64,000 bases of DNA from Alphaproteobacteria bacterium. Its GTDB lineage: Bacteria; Pseudomonadota; Alphaproteobacteria; SP197. The DNA lies in NCBI GenBank assembly GCA_964291265.2, contig OZ219746.1:256001-320000 (forward strand), written 5' to 3'. The notes under the pieces are model-generated. The model had not been told where the DNA came from, made no database searches, and saw only the letters and a program-made list of their open reading frames with translations. The position numbers and the translations under genes were made by a program. Within the stretch, counting starts at the first letter, position 1. The number at the start of each line of letters is the position of its first letter. Positions 50,394 through 60,525 of this stretch are shown piece by piece.

Positions 50394-50403
50394 GAGCCAG
50401 ATC

Positions 50404-50799
50404 TCAGGTGCAACCGCCATGGATCTCGCACAGACAGGCGTCCTCCGCGCCGCCGAGTACCACCGCGTGGCGCACGCCGTCGGGATAGAGAAAGACAAGC
50501 AGGCTGCAGGAACGGGCGTCGTAGCGCCACATCCTGGCGTTGCCCTCGGTCCACACGAAGTCCGGATCACCAAGCATGCCGGCCACTTCGCTGTCCTGCA
50601 GACCGGCGAAGATCCTGGCGGCCGGAGGCTTCGCGACGGGTGACACCTCGTCCGCCTCGATGGCCGGAGCGACGGTCTCGCTGACAGCCTTCGTGGGGTC
50701 GATTCCGGCAGGGGGGGAGCAGGCGGCCAGCGCCATGGCTCCGGCCAGCATGAGAGCCGACCACCCCGCCAGGACAGAGCTTCGTTCAGGCGATGTCAT
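50404..50799 (-). CDS. hypothetical lipoprotein
   Basis: Lipobox LAAC; LG.PD...EG.A.MWRY...C.L..FLY domain. Confidence 0.7.
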   Translation of the reverse strand: MTSPERSSVLAGWSALMLAGAMALAACSPPAGIDPTKAVSETVAPAIEADEVSPVAKPPAARIFAGLQDSEVAGMLGDPDFVWTEGNARMWRYDARSCSLLVFLYPDGVRHAVVLGGAEDACLCEIHGGCT

Positions 50800-50866
50800 T
50801 CCGGTTCCTTCCGGCAGGCGCGGTCGACCACCTCGCAGGAGACCGAACCTGGCCGGCGGCTGGTGC

Positions 50867-51574
50867 TCAGGCCATCGCATCGTGGTCTCCGTGACAGAGA
50901 TGGGTCATGGCGATGGCGGCCATGACGGGCATGACGAGATTGAGAACGGGGACGCTCATGCCGGCCGTGATGACGGCCCCCGTGGCGAGCAGTCGCCAGC
51001 GGTTCCGCTTGCGCCAGGCGTCCGAGTCCTGGCGGGGCAGGCGCCGCAGCAACACGATCTCGGCATATTCCCGGGCGAAGAGAACGCTGTTGACGGTCCA
51101 GAGGATGATGATCGACAGGCCGGGGATGAAGATTGCAGCAAGATAGACTGGTGTGGCGGCGAGATTGACGAGCAGCAGCCAGCCGACGAAGCGAAGGGAC
51201 GCGGCGATGTCCCGGACCACTGTCGTTCCCCTCGCTTCGGGCAGGTGCGGATAGTCGGTTTCCTCGACGCGTGAGACGATTCCGTCGAGAAAGAGCGATG
51301 TCACGGTCTGCACGACCATGACAAACGTGAACCAGACGAGCGCGAAGGCGCCCAGCGTGGCCACGACGAAGACGACTCCGTCAGCCAGCCAGCCTGGCAT
51401 CCAGGTGACAAGGGATTCGAACCATGAACCGGGTTCGAGGCCCATGGTGGCGCCGATGATGAGGGCGGCGAGAACCGATGAGACAAGGGCACTCGCCAGG
51501 GCAATGAGAACCAGGCTGCGGCGAACCCTGCCATCCCCCAGGCTGACGGCAGTCCTGCGAGCGACGTCAAACAC
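50867..51574 (-). CDS. EI24/CysZ-like membrane protein
   Basis: FLD.I...VE...YP, N..L..REY, VP.LNL..P. Confidence 0.82.
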   Translation of the reverse strand: MFDVARRTAVSLGDGRVRRSLVLIALASALVSSVLAALIIGATMGLEPGSWFESLVTWMPGWLADGVVFVVATLGAFALVWFTFVMVVQTVTSLFLDGIVSRVEETDYPHLPEARGTTVVRDIAASLRFVGWLLLVNLAATPVYLAAIFIPGLSIIILWTVNSVLFAREYAEIVLLRRLPRQDSDAWRKRNRWRLLATGAVITAGMSVPVLNLVMPVMAAIAMTHLCHGDHDAMA

Positions 51575-53033
51575 GATGGCGGCCGTCGGGCGGCTCGGGA
51601 TCGGGGTAGCGCCCGGGGGTGCCGCGGGGGTCGATGGGCAGACTGCCGGCGATGCCAAGAGCGCGTTCGGCGACAGCAGCCCAACCCAGGACCCGTCCGT
51701 CGCTGTGTGACGGACCAACCAGCTGCAATCCGACAGGCAGTCCTTCATCGGTGAAGCCGCAGGGAATCGAGATCGCGGGGGATGATGTCAGCGTGATCAC
51801 CGAGGTGATCATGATCCAGTCCACGTAACTGTTGAACCGGTGGCCGTCAAGCTCGCCGAGGTAGCGCTCGTGGGTGGCGATGGCGGGTACGATGGTCGAG
51901 GGAAGGGCGAGAAGGTCGAAGGTCTCGAAGAATTCTGTCATCCTCTGATAGAGAGAATTCCGGATCCGTGTCGCGCGGATGATGTCGCCGACGCCAAGAT
52001 CGAGTCCCTTGCGGATGTTCCAGACATTCTCCTGCTTGAGCATCCCGCGACGGTGGACGAGATCGTCCTCGTGGCCGGTGGCGAAGCCGATGGCCCGCAG
52101 GGTATGGAAGGCTTCCGGCGCATCGGAAAAGTCGATGGCGGCTTGCGCGATCTCGCTTCCCAGGGATGCAAGGCGATCCAGAGCTTCCCGGCACAGGCGG
52201 TCAACGTTGCGGTCCACCGGCGTGATGCCGAGATCCGGCGAATAGCCGATGCGACGCGGGGTATCTCCCCGGTCGAGGGCGAGGCGGACCTGGTCCAGCC
52301 GGGAGACAGGCGGTGCCGCACGCGCCAGTGGATCGCGTTCGTCGATCCCCGACATCGCATCGAGCAGGAGCGCCGCGTCGGCGACGTTGCGCGCCATGGG
52401 ACCTGCGACCGAAAGGTCCTGGAAGGCGTCCGGTGCCGGACCGCGGACGACGACACCGGGGCTCGGTCGAAATCCCGTCACCCCGCAGAAGCTCGCCGGA
52501 ATGCGCAGACTGCCGCCGAGATCGGAACCGGTCGCCAGAGGCACCTGTCCGCTGGCCAGTGCGGCCGCCGACCCGCCGGAGGATCCGCCAGCCGATGCCG
52601 CCATGTCCCAGGGGTTGGTCGTCACCCCGAGAACCTCGTTGAAACTGTTGCCGCCGGCACCGAACTCCGGAACGTTGGATTTGCCGACGACGATGGCGCC
52701 CCGGCTCTCCAGGCGCTGCACCATGAGATTCGAGGCCGACGGCACGTGGTCGGCCCAGATCGGGGAACCATAGGTTGTCCGCACACCGGCGACATCCTCG
52801 AGATCCTTGATGGCGACCGGAAGTCCATGGAGTGGCCCCGGAGCATCACCGGATTCGAGCCGCCGGGCATGATCCCTGGCCCGGTCGAAACAACGGGTTG
52901 GCATGGCGTTGAGGCCGCCGTCCGTCGCCTCGATGCGGGCGATGCAGTCCTCGACCAGTTCGAGCGGGGAAACCTCCCCTTGGCGCAGCAATGCGGCGGC
53001 CTCGGTGGCCGTCATCTTCCAGAGGTCTGCCAT
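51567..53033 (-). CDS. amidase-signature family protein
   Basis: GLPVAIKD, GGSSGGS, GSDLGGSLRIPAS, GLPVGLQ. Confidence 0.92.
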   Translation of the reverse strand: MADLWKMTATEAAALLRQGEVSPLELVEDCIARIEATDGGLNAMPTRCFDRARDHARRLESGDAPGPLHGLPVAIKDLEDVAGVRTTYGSPIWADHVPSASNLMVQRLESRGAIVVGKSNVPEFGAGGNSFNEVLGVTTNPWDMAASAGGSSGGSAAALASGQVPLATGSDLGGSLRIPASFCGVTGFRPSPGVVVRGPAPDAFQDLSVAGPMARNVADAALLLDAMSGIDERDPLARAAPPVSRLDQVRLALDRGDTPRRIGYSPDLGITPVDRNVDRLCREALDRLASLGSEIAQAAIDFSDAPEAFHTLRAIGFATGHEDDLVHRRGMLKQENVWNIRKGLDLGVGDIIRATRIRNSLYQRMTEFFETFDLLALPSTIVPAIATHERYLGELDGHRFNSYVDWIMITSVITLTSSPAISIPCGFTDEGLPVGLQLVGPSHSDGRVLGWAAVAERALGIAGSLPIDPRGTPGRYPDPEPPDGRHRV

Positions 53034-53162
53034 CGTTGCGTCCCGCCCGTTGAGGTCATGAGGGCGCGAGTATGGAGTCGTCACGCGTCGCCCGGCAAGG
53101 CTTGCCAGAATGTGCGCCACATCTATACTCGCACGCATCGGCAACAGGTGCCTTCTTCTCAC

Positions 53163-54149
53163 ATGAACCAGCCACGCATCGATGTTCTCGGCATCGGCAA
53201 CGCGATCGTTGACATTGTCGCCGAGGTCGAGGAGTCCTTTCTCGCGGACTTCGACCTTGCCAAGGACGGCATGCATCTTGTCGATCACACTCTGGCGGCG
53301 AGGCTTCTCGATGCCTGCGAGCCCGTCGTGATGATGTCCGGAGGCTCCGTGGCCAACACCATTGCCGGCCTTGCGGCCATCGGCAGCAGTGGCGGGTTTG
53401 TCGGCAGGGTGAAGGATGACACGCTCGGGCAACGCTTCGCCGGTGACCTGAATTCCCGGGGAGTTGTGTTTGCTGGCCGTGCAGCGGCCGACGGACCGGA
53501 AACCGGACGATCCCTCATACTCGTGACGCCGGACAGCCATCGCACCATGTGCACATGGCTCGGTGCCTCTCTCGATCTCGGTGTTGCGGATCTCGCGGCG
53601 GACGCCATGTCCGCACGGGTCGTCCTTCTCGAGGGCTACCTCATGGATGCGCCCGAAGGACAGGGTGTCTTCAGGGAGGCGGCCGGAATGGCTGCCGAAT
53701 CCGGTTGCAAGGTCGCGTTGTCACTCTCCGATTCTGCGTGCGTGGATCGTCATCGAGGCGATCTCGTCAGCTTCCTGCACGATCACGTCGACATCGTGTT
53801 CGCCAACGAGGCCGAAACACTGTCCTTCTTTCCAGGGGCGGATTTTGCGACAGCGTCCCGCAGTCTCGCAGATGAGGTTTCCATCGCCGTCATCACGCGA
53901 AGCGAGAAGGGATCCATAGTCTTCTCGCCTGGTTCGGTCTTCGAGATCGAATCCGTCATGACCAAGGTGATTGACGCCACGGGTGCCGGAGACCTCTATG
54001 CCGCCGGTTTCCTCTACGGTTACACTCAGGAACTCAGTCTTGACCGGGCGGCACGCATTGCCAGTGTCTGCGCCAGTGAGGTGATCGGCCAGTTCGGTGC
54101 CCGGGTCGCGAGTGACCTTCGCGCCTCCATCGCGAGGACACTGGGATAG
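53163..54149 (+). CDS. PfkB-family adenosine kinase
   Basis: GIGNAIVD, GGSVANT, RTM.T.LGA, EGYL, FANE.E, DATGAGD. Confidence 0.9.
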   Translation: MNQPRIDVLGIGNAIVDIVAEVEESFLADFDLAKDGMHLVDHTLAARLLDACEPVVMMSGGSVANTIAGLAAIGSSGGFVGRVKDDTLGQRFAGDLNSRGVVFAGRAAADGPETGRSLILVTPDSHRTMCTWLGASLDLGVADLAADAMSARVVLLEGYLMDAPEGQGVFREAAGMAAESGCKVALSLSDSACVDRHRGDLVSFLHDHVDIVFANEAETLSFFPGADFATASRSLADEVSIAVITRSEKGSIVFSPGSVFEIESVMTKVIDATGAGDLYAAGFLYGYTQELSLDRAARIASVCASEVIGQFGARVASDLRASIARTLG

Positions 54150-54176
54150 ATGACGCACGAGAAGGGGAGTGTCTCC

Positions 54177-54827
54177 ATGACGACCATTGAACTCATCACG
54201 TCCCACGTCTGCCCCTTCGCTCAGCGAACCCACATGACGCTGATCGAGAAGGGTCTGGACTTCACGGTTCGCGAGGTCGATCTCTCCGACAAGCCCGCCT
54301 GGTTCGAGGAGCTCTCGCCGACGTCGAAGGTCCCGGTGGTGAAGATTGGCGACGAGATCGTCTGGGAATCCGCGATCGCCAACGAGTACATCGAGGACAA
54401 GTTTCCGAATGTGCCCCTGTTGCCCGACGATCCCTGGTTGCGTGCCCGGGCGCGTATCTGGATCGACTACTGCAACACCCGCTGGATCGAGGACTTCTAC
54501 GCGCTGCTGGGGGCGAAGGACGCGGAACGCCGCAACCACCTCGGCGACCGCGTCGTGCAGGATCTCCGCCACATGGAAACGAAAGGCATGGCGGCCCTGT
54601 CATCGGGGCCCTTCTGGCTGGGTTCGTCGGTCAGCCTTGTCGATCTCGCCTTCTGGCCATTCTTCGAGCGCTTCCCATTGCTCTCCCATTACCGCCAGGT
54701 CACCGTTCCGGAAGACTGCCAGCGTCTTCACCGGTGGTGCGACGAGATGGCGGTACGTCCATCGGCGCGCCGCACCATGCACGAAGCTTCCTGGTACATC
54801 GAGCGCTACAAGGCCCGGGCAGCGTAG
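54177..54827 (+). CDS. glutathione S-transferase family protein
   Basis: CPFAQR, KVP, ES..I.EY, SLVD. Confidence 0.9.
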   Translation: MTTIELITSHVCPFAQRTHMTLIEKGLDFTVREVDLSDKPAWFEELSPTSKVPVVKIGDEIVWESAIANEYIEDKFPNVPLLPDDPWLRARARIWIDYCNTRWIEDFYALLGAKDAERRNHLGDRVVQDLRHMETKGMAALSSGPFWLGSSVSLVDLAFWPFFERFPLLSHYRQVTVPEDCQRLHRWCDEMAVRPSARRTMHEASWYIERYKARAA

Positions 54828-54846
54828 ACGGCGATCGAGAACGCCC

Positions 54847-55446
54847 ATGTTCTATGAACCGGGGAAGGGGCACGGGCTCGAACGTGATCCCTTCAAGGCG
54901 CTCGTGGCACCGCGTCCCATTGGCTGGTTCACCACGCTCAATGGCGACGGGTCGGTCAACCTGGCGCCCTACAGCTACTTCAACGCCATGGCTGATGACC
55001 CTCCTGTGGTGTGTTTCTCGTCAGGTGGTTCGGAACACCTCAAGGACACTGCCCGCAATGCGGCCGACACCGGAGAGTTCGTGCACAACCTGGTGACCAT
55101 GTCGCTGCGCGACGCCATGAACATCACGGCGCGCGAAGTTCCTGCGGGGGTTGACGAAACAAGGCTCGCGGGACTGGATCTGGCGGCCTCGGTTCTGGTG
55201 TCGCCGCCCCGCGTGGCGGCAAGCCCGGTTGCCTTCGAGTGCCGATACCTCAAGACACTGGAGATTCCGCAGAACGGCACGCCGAACCTGGTGGTGTTTG
55301 GCGAGGTGGTCGGCATTCACGTCGACGATGATGCCATCGCCACAGGGCGCTTCGATCCGGAGGCCCAGGGGGTGATTGCCCGCCTGGGCTATGCCAACTA
55401 TGCCGTCGTCGGTGGCACATTCCGCATGGAACGGCTGGAGCCTTGA
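54847..55446 (+). CDS. flavin reductase family protein
   Basis: PRPIGW, NLAPYSYFN, KDT..N...GEFV, RLG. Confidence 0.9.
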   Translation: MFYEPGKGHGLERDPFKALVAPRPIGWFTTLNGDGSVNLAPYSYFNAMADDPPVVCFSSGGSEHLKDTARNAADTGEFVHNLVTMSLRDAMNITAREVPAGVDETRLAGLDLAASVLVSPPRVAASPVAFECRYLKTLEIPQNGTPNLVVFGEVVGIHVDDDAIATGRFDPEAQGVIARLGYANYAVVGGTFRMERLEP

Positions 55447-55510
55447 GAATCCGGCACATCTGATCGTGATCCGACCGCGTGGTCTTCCTGCTTCAAGATG
55501 GAGTTGATCG

Positions 55511-56623
55511 ATGCTTCTCGGAGTACCCAGAGAGATCAAGAATCACGAGTACCGCGTTGGCATGACGCCGGCCTCGGTGAGGGAACTCACCGGACGCGGT
55601 CATGCCGTGCTCGTCGAGAAGGGCGCCGGTCGTGGCATCGGACTGACCGACAGCATGTACGCACGCGCCGGTGCGGACATCGTCGGCACCCCGGAAGAGA
55701 TCTTCGCCCGGGCGGAGATGATCGTGAAGGTCAAGGAGCCGCAACCTGACGAGTGTCGCATGTTGCGCCAGAGCCAGATTCTCTTCACCTACCTTCACCT
55801 GGCGCCGGACCCGCTGCAGACGCGGCTCCTCGTCGAATCGGGTTGCACCGCCATCGCCTACGAGACGGTTTCCGATATGAATGGCGGTCTGCCACTCCTT
55901 GCGCCGATGAGTGAGGTCGCAGGACGCATGTCCGTCCAGGCCGCCAGTCACTGCCTCGAAAAGGCCCAGCATGGCTCCGGTGTCCTGCTGGGTGGTGTCC
56001 CGGGCGTGGCGCCCGGGAAGGTGGTCATTGTCGGTGGCGGCGTGGTGGGCACCCATGCGGCGCGCATGGCGATCGGCCTCGGTGCGGATGTCACTGTCTT
56101 CGACCGCTCTATCGCCCGCTTGAGGCAGCTCGATGAACTGTTCGAGGCACGGGCCAGGGTCATCTATTCGACGACCGATGCCCTGGAGGAGCATGTCCTG
56201 GCCGCAGACGCGGTCATTGGCGCCGTTCTCGTTCCCGGCGCCGCAGCGCCGAAACTCGTGACCGAAGACCAGATCCGCAGGATGCGCCGTGGATCGGTGG
56301 TGGTCGACGTCGCCATAGACCAGGGAGGTTGCTTCGAGACAAGCCGGGCGACGACCCATGCCAGACCCACCTACCGGGTCCATGGAGTCGTCCACTACTG
56401 TGTCGCCAACATGCCGGGCGGCGTCGCTCGAACATCGACCTTTGCCCTCAACAACGCGACACTGCCCTTTGTCATCAAGCTGGCGGACACGGGCTGGCAG
56501 CGCGCCTGCAGGCTCGATCCCTTCCTGTGTGACGGCCTCAACATCCACGACGGAAAGGTAGTCTACAAGGCGGTGGCGGAGGCCCTCGACTATCCGTTCG
56601 TCGACCCAGCCGACATCCTCTGA
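55511..56623 (+). CDS. ald: alanine dehydrogenase
   Basis: [38 protein letters not shown]. Confidence 0.96.
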   Translation: MLLGVPREIKNHEYRVGMTPASVRELTGRGHAVLVEKGAGRGIGLTDSMYARAGADIVGTPEEIFARAEMIVKVKEPQPDECRMLRQSQILFTYLHLAPDPLQTRLLVESGCTAIAYETVSDMNGGLPLLAPMSEVAGRMSVQAASHCLEKAQHGSGVLLGGVPGVAPGKVVIVGGGVVGTHAARMAIGLGADVTVFDRSIARLRQLDELFEARARVIYSTTDALEEHVLAADAVIGAVLVPGAAAPKLVTEDQIRRMRRGSVVVDVAIDQGGCFETSRATTHARPTYRVHGVVHYCVANMPGGVARTSTFALNNATLPFVIKLADTGWQRACRLDPFLCDGLNIHDGKVVYKAVAEALDYPFVDPADIL

Positions 56624-56660
56624 TGCTGCCTTGCGAAGGAAACGCTCCGGGTATCCGTGA

Positions 56661-57578
56661 TCAGCCGCGGCGTGGCGGCTTCTTGAGCCCTTCGAGCATC
56701 ACTGCCAGGTTCTCGTCGCGCCAGCGTTCGAGATCATCGATGTCGAGATGGCCGTACATGGCGTCGACGGCACCGACGAGTTCCATCCGCGCTCTCTCGC
56801 TGCGCTTCCAGCCGAAGTGGTCGATCATGTGGCGAACGCCCCCCTTGCCACCACCGAGGTGATAGCACGTCACCGGACCGGCGAAGGCCCATCTCAGCCC
56901 CGGGCCTGCCGTCATGGCCGTATCGATGTCCTGGTAGGTGCAGACTCCCTCATCCACGAGGGCCGCTGCCTCCTCGAAGACGACGTGCTGAAGGCGGTTG
57001 GCGATGTAGGCTTCGATCTCGCGGCGGAGAGTAAGCGTCTTCTTGCCGACGGATTCGTAGAATGCCGCAGCCCACGCCACGACATCACCGGCTGTCCCGC
57101 TGCCCGCGACCACCTCCACGAGAGGCACGAGGTAGCTGGGCGCGAAGGGGTGGCCGATGATGACCCTTTCGGGGTGCCGGCAACGCGACTGGAGACGTGA
57201 CGGCAGGAAGGCCGATGACGAACTCGCCAGCACCGTTTCGGCCGGAGCGGCAGCATCCATGGCCTCGAACAGCGCAATCTTGAGATCCTCGCGATCGGGT
57301 GCGCTTTCCTGGACGAAGTCGGCGCTCTCCACCGCTTCCTCCATGGAACCCGCGAAGCGGAAACGTTTCCTGGATGCGCCCTCGGCCAGTCCGAGACGTT
57401 CAAGAAAGGGCCAGGCCTGGTCGATGATGCGCCGCGCGCTGGCTTCACCCTCGGGTGCAGGATCGCTCATCACCACGTCACGGCCTGCCGCCAGAAAGGC
57501 GGCGGCCCATCCGGCACCGATGTAGCCGCCACCGACGCAGGCGATGTTCGTGGTTCTCTCCGGAGCGGGTCGTGTCAT
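56661..57578 (-). CDS. 3-hydroxyacyl-CoA dehydrogenase family protein (L-carnitine dehydrogenase-like)
   Basis: G.G.IG.GWA, QES.P, SSSS, GHPF.P.Y..PLVE, ANRLQ, GPGLRWA. Confidence 0.85.
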   Translation of the reverse strand: MTRPAPERTTNIACVGGGYIGAGWAAAFLAAGRDVVMSDPAPEGEASARRIIDQAWPFLERLGLAEGASRKRFRFAGSMEEAVESADFVQESAPDREDLKIALFEAMDAAAPAETVLASSSSAFLPSRLQSRCRHPERVIIGHPFAPSYLVPLVEVVAGSGTAGDVVAWAAAFYESVGKKTLTLRREIEAYIANRLQHVVFEEAAALVDEGVCTYQDIDTAMTAGPGLRWAFAGPVTCYHLGGGKGGVRHMIDHFGWKRSERARMELVGAVDAMYGHLDIDDLERWRDENLAVMLEGLKKPPRRG

Positions 57579-58570
57579 CGCTGTCCTCCTTGGTGGCTGG
57601 CCGGCGCGCCGGCCAGACTGATTGCGACGTGATCGGCGATGCCGTCTTCGAGAGACGTGAACGGCTTCGTGTACCCGGCTTCACGGAGCCGGTCCATGCG
57701 GGCCCGGGTGCAGTACTGATAGCGCCCATCGAGTGCCGCTGGCATGTCGACGAACGTGATTCTGGCTGGACGGGCGAGCGCCCTGAACATGGCATGGCCG
57801 AGATCCAGCCACGTCCTTGCCTCGCCGGTCCCGAGATTGAAGATGCCGCTGACGGTCGGGTTGTCGAGCAGCCACATGACCACATCGACACAGTCCCTGA
57901 CATAGATGAAGTCGCGTTTCTGGCCGCCATCGGCATAGTCCGGATGACGGGACCGGAAGAGCCTGAGCGGCTTGCCGGCAGCGATGTCGGGAAGGGTTTT
58001 CGAGACCACGCTTGCCATGGCGCCCTTGTGCTCCTCTCCAGTTCCATAGACGTTGAAGAAGCGCAGGCCGGCCCATTGCGGCGGCATCGTGCGGCCGGCG
58101 TCACGCTCGCGGATCAAGAGCCGGTCGAACAGCAGCTTGCTGGCCCCGTAGGGGGTGATGGCGGTAAGGGCCTCCATGGCGACAGTGCTTTCGTCGTCGT
58201 CGAATCCCCGCGCGCCGTCGCCGTAAACCTGTGCCGAGGAAGCGTAGATGAACGGCACGCGACGGGCGACGCACCAGTCCATGAGCCGGAGCGTCAGCAG
58301 GACATTTGTCTTCATGAGGAGATCGACATCCGTCTCCGTGGTGGCCGATATGGCTCCCATGTGGATGACGGCATCCAGCGAACGTCGGCCATCGAGCCAG
58401 GCGGCGAGGGAGTCGGGACCGATCATCTCCAGGACCTGGGCGCCGGCGATGTTGCCGAGCCTGGGGTCGTCGAGGTGGCGGTCGCACACGACAAGCGGCA
58501 CACTTGCCGCAGCGAGCGCCCGGACGATGTTGGAGCCGATGAAGCCGGTGCCGCCGGTAACAAGGATCAA
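57575..58570 (-). CDS. hldD: ADP-L-glycero-D-manno-heptose 6-epimerase
   Basis: TGG.GFIGS, HMGAIS.TT, YASSA, YG.SK, FFNVYG..E.HKG.MAS, RDFIYV. Confidence 0.93.
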   Translation of the reverse strand: MILVTGGTGFIGSNIVRALAAASVPLVVCDRHLDDPRLGNIAGAQVLEMIGPDSLAAWLDGRRSLDAVIHMGAISATTETDVDLLMKTNVLLTLRLMDWCVARRVPFIYASSAQVYGDGARGFDDDESTVAMEALTAITPYGASKLLFDRLLIRERDAGRTMPPQWAGLRFFNVYGTGEEHKGAMASVVSKTLPDIAAGKPLRLFRSRHPDYADGGQKRDFIYVRDCVDVVMWLLDNPTVSGIFNLGTGEARTWLDLGHAMFRALARPARITFVDMPAALDGRYQYCTRARMDRLREAGYTKPFTSLEDGIADHVAISLAGAPASHQGGQR

Positions 58571-59160
58571 GGCGAAGGTTCCCGGGCGTGGCCGAGCTCG
58601 CTTTCGATGGCGCCGCACAACATCTGCCCCAGCATGATGTGAACCTCCTGGATGCGTGCGGTGACGGTGCCGGGCACCAGAAGGAGAGGGTCGGCAAGGT
58701 GTGGCAGGGCGCCTCCGTCGCCGCCTCCGAGTGCCGCGGCGACGAGTCCCTGGGCCTTCGCCTGTTCGAGGCCTCGTATGACATTGGCGCTTCTGCCCGA
58801 GGTGGAGAGTGCGATGGCCACATCCCCGGGCCGGCCCAGGGCCTCGATCTGGCGTGAGAAGATTCTCTCGAAGCCCATGTCGTTTCCCGCGGCCGTGATG
58901 GCCGAGGTGTCGGTGGTGAGCGCCAGGCCGGCGATGGCGGGCCGGTCGCCGACGTAGCGCACGGTGAGTTCCGTGGCGAGGTGCTGGGCATCCGCCGCGC
59001 TGCCGCCGTTGCCGAAGAACAGGATCTTGCCGCCGCCCTTCAGGCCCAGGGCGCAGGCCTCCACCAGCCTGGCGAAGGGCACGGCGAGCGCATGACGGGC
59101 CTCTTCTGCCACCGCCAGGTGCTCGTCGATTTCACGTTCGAAGTAGTGCCTGAGGTCCAT
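58567..59160 (-). CDS. gmhA: phosphoheptose isomerase
   Basis: GNGGSAADAQH, ND.GF..IFSRQ, STSG.S.N, RIQE.H. Confidence 0.94.
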   Translation of the reverse strand: MDLRHYFEREIDEHLAVAEEARHALAVPFARLVEACALGLKGGGKILFFGNGGSAADAQHLATELTVRYVGDRPAIAGLALTTDTSAITAAGNDMGFERIFSRQIEALGRPGDVAIALSTSGRSANVIRGLEQAKAQGLVAAALGGGDGGALPHLADPLLLVPGTVTARIQEVHIMLGQMLCGAIESELGHAREPSP

Positions 59161-59809
59161 GGTCAGGGGTGTCGGGGTGTCGGACTCGAGAGTTGACGAG
59201 AAACGGCAGGTGGGCGACCGCATCGGCGGGTGCGCTCACGGCGTGGACCTGGTAGCAGGGGCCCGGTTCACCGAACCCGAGGGCGCGTTGCCGCTCTCCT
59301 CTGCTGTAGCCGTCGCCCACCATGAAGCCTCCGGCGAGGCCGGCGGCGTGTCCGGCCTCGATGTCGGTTTCGCGGTCACCGATGATCCAGCTGGCTGCCC
59401 GATCGATGCCCAGCGCGGTGGCTGCCGCCAGCAGCATGCCGGGGCGTGGCTTGCGCATGAGCGAGTCCCCTGGCCCGAACGGTGACGCGAGGACACCGTC
59501 CCAGTGAACTCCTGCACGACTGAGACGTCGCGCGATTTCCACCTGGACCGCGGCGAAGTCCTCCCAGCGGAAGAGGCCACGGCCTATGCCCCCCTGGTTG
59601 GTGACGACAATGACGGCGACGCCACGGGCATTCGCGCGGCCCATGATGTCGGTGATCCCGGCGACGAGGCGCACCTTGTCCGGCTCGTGGAGATAGCCTG
59701 TTTCCTCGACGATGACGCCGTCGCGGTCAAGGAAGAGGGCGGGTCCGGAACTCCTGCGCAAGGCGTACTCGCGCCAGGTTCCGTCCTCGTGGAGGGGCCA
59801 GGGACTCAT
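59132..59809 (-). CDS. gmhB: D-glycero-D-manno-heptose 1,7-bisphosphate phosphatase (HAD IIIA)
   Basis: FLDRDG, VTNQ.GI.RG, RKP.PGM, IGD...D. Confidence 0.88.
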   Translation of the reverse strand: MSPWPLHEDGTWREYALRRSSGPALFLDRDGVIVEETGYLHEPDKVRLVAGITDIMGRANARGVAVIVVTNQGGIGRGLFRWEDFAAVQVEIARRLSRAGVHWDGVLASPFGPGDSLMRKPRPGMLLAAATALGIDRAASWIIGDRETDIEAGHAAGLAGGFMVGDGYSRGERQRALGFGEPGPCYQVHAVSAPADAVAHLPFLVNSRVRHPDTPDHGPQALLRT

Positions 59810-60525
59810 GGCGTCTGGAGGAGTTCCGCTTCCCCGCGGGCCAGGACCAGGGCCGTCAGCACGTCTGTGATGACGGCCCCCGTATCGATGCCGATCCTGT
59901 TGGCCCGGATGTCGGGCCCTTCCCACGAGATGGTGTGGCCATGCACGACGAGCCATCCGTGGTCTTCAGACGACTCGAGAAATTCCTCGCGGATCCACAG
60001 GAGATCCTCGGGATCCTGGTCGTGGAGCGCGACACCTGGACGGATTCCCGCGTGCACGAAGAGGACGCCATCGATGATCTGGTGGAGTTTCAGCGCATGA
60101 AGGAAGGTGCGATGGTGTTCCGGCATGGCGTGGCGCAGCTGGCATCCGGCGCCCGCTCCGGGTTCGACGTTGTAGGAGAGCAGGGTCTGGGCGCCGCCCA
60201 GACGATGGATCCACCACAAGCCGTCGTCCCAGCCTTCCATGAAGTCGATCACACAGGCGTCGTGGTTGCCCATGAGGAAGACCCGTTCGAATCCGTCATC
60301 GTCCCCGGTTGCACGGGAGAGGAAGTCGATCACGCCGGCCGAGTCGGGACCACGGTCCACGTAGTCACCGAGGAAGACGATGTAGCGCCGCCGCTGCGTC
60401 CTCGTCGCAGCATCCTCGAGGATCCTCCGGTGAAGGCGAAGCAGAAGATCCAGGCGTCCGTGAACGTCCCCAACGGCGTAGACGAGCGTGTCGGGACCGA
60501 TGGATGCGGCAGGCGGCCAGGTCAT
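59806..60525 (-). CDS. calcineurin-like metallophosphoesterase (PPP/PrpA-like)
   Basis: GDVHG, GDYVDRG, GNHD, HAG, HGHT, IDTG. Confidence 0.9.
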   Translation of the reverse strand: MTWPPAASIGPDTLVYAVGDVHGRLDLLLRLHRRILEDAATRTQRRRYIVFLGDYVDRGPDSAGVIDFLSRATGDDDGFERVFLMGNHDACVIDFMEGWDDGLWWIHRLGGAQTLLSYNVEPGAGAGCQLRHAMPEHHRTFLHALKLHQIIDGVLFVHAGIRPGVALHDQDPEDLLWIREEFLESSEDHGWLVVHGHTISWEGPDIRANRIGIDTGAVITDVLTALVLARGEAELLQTP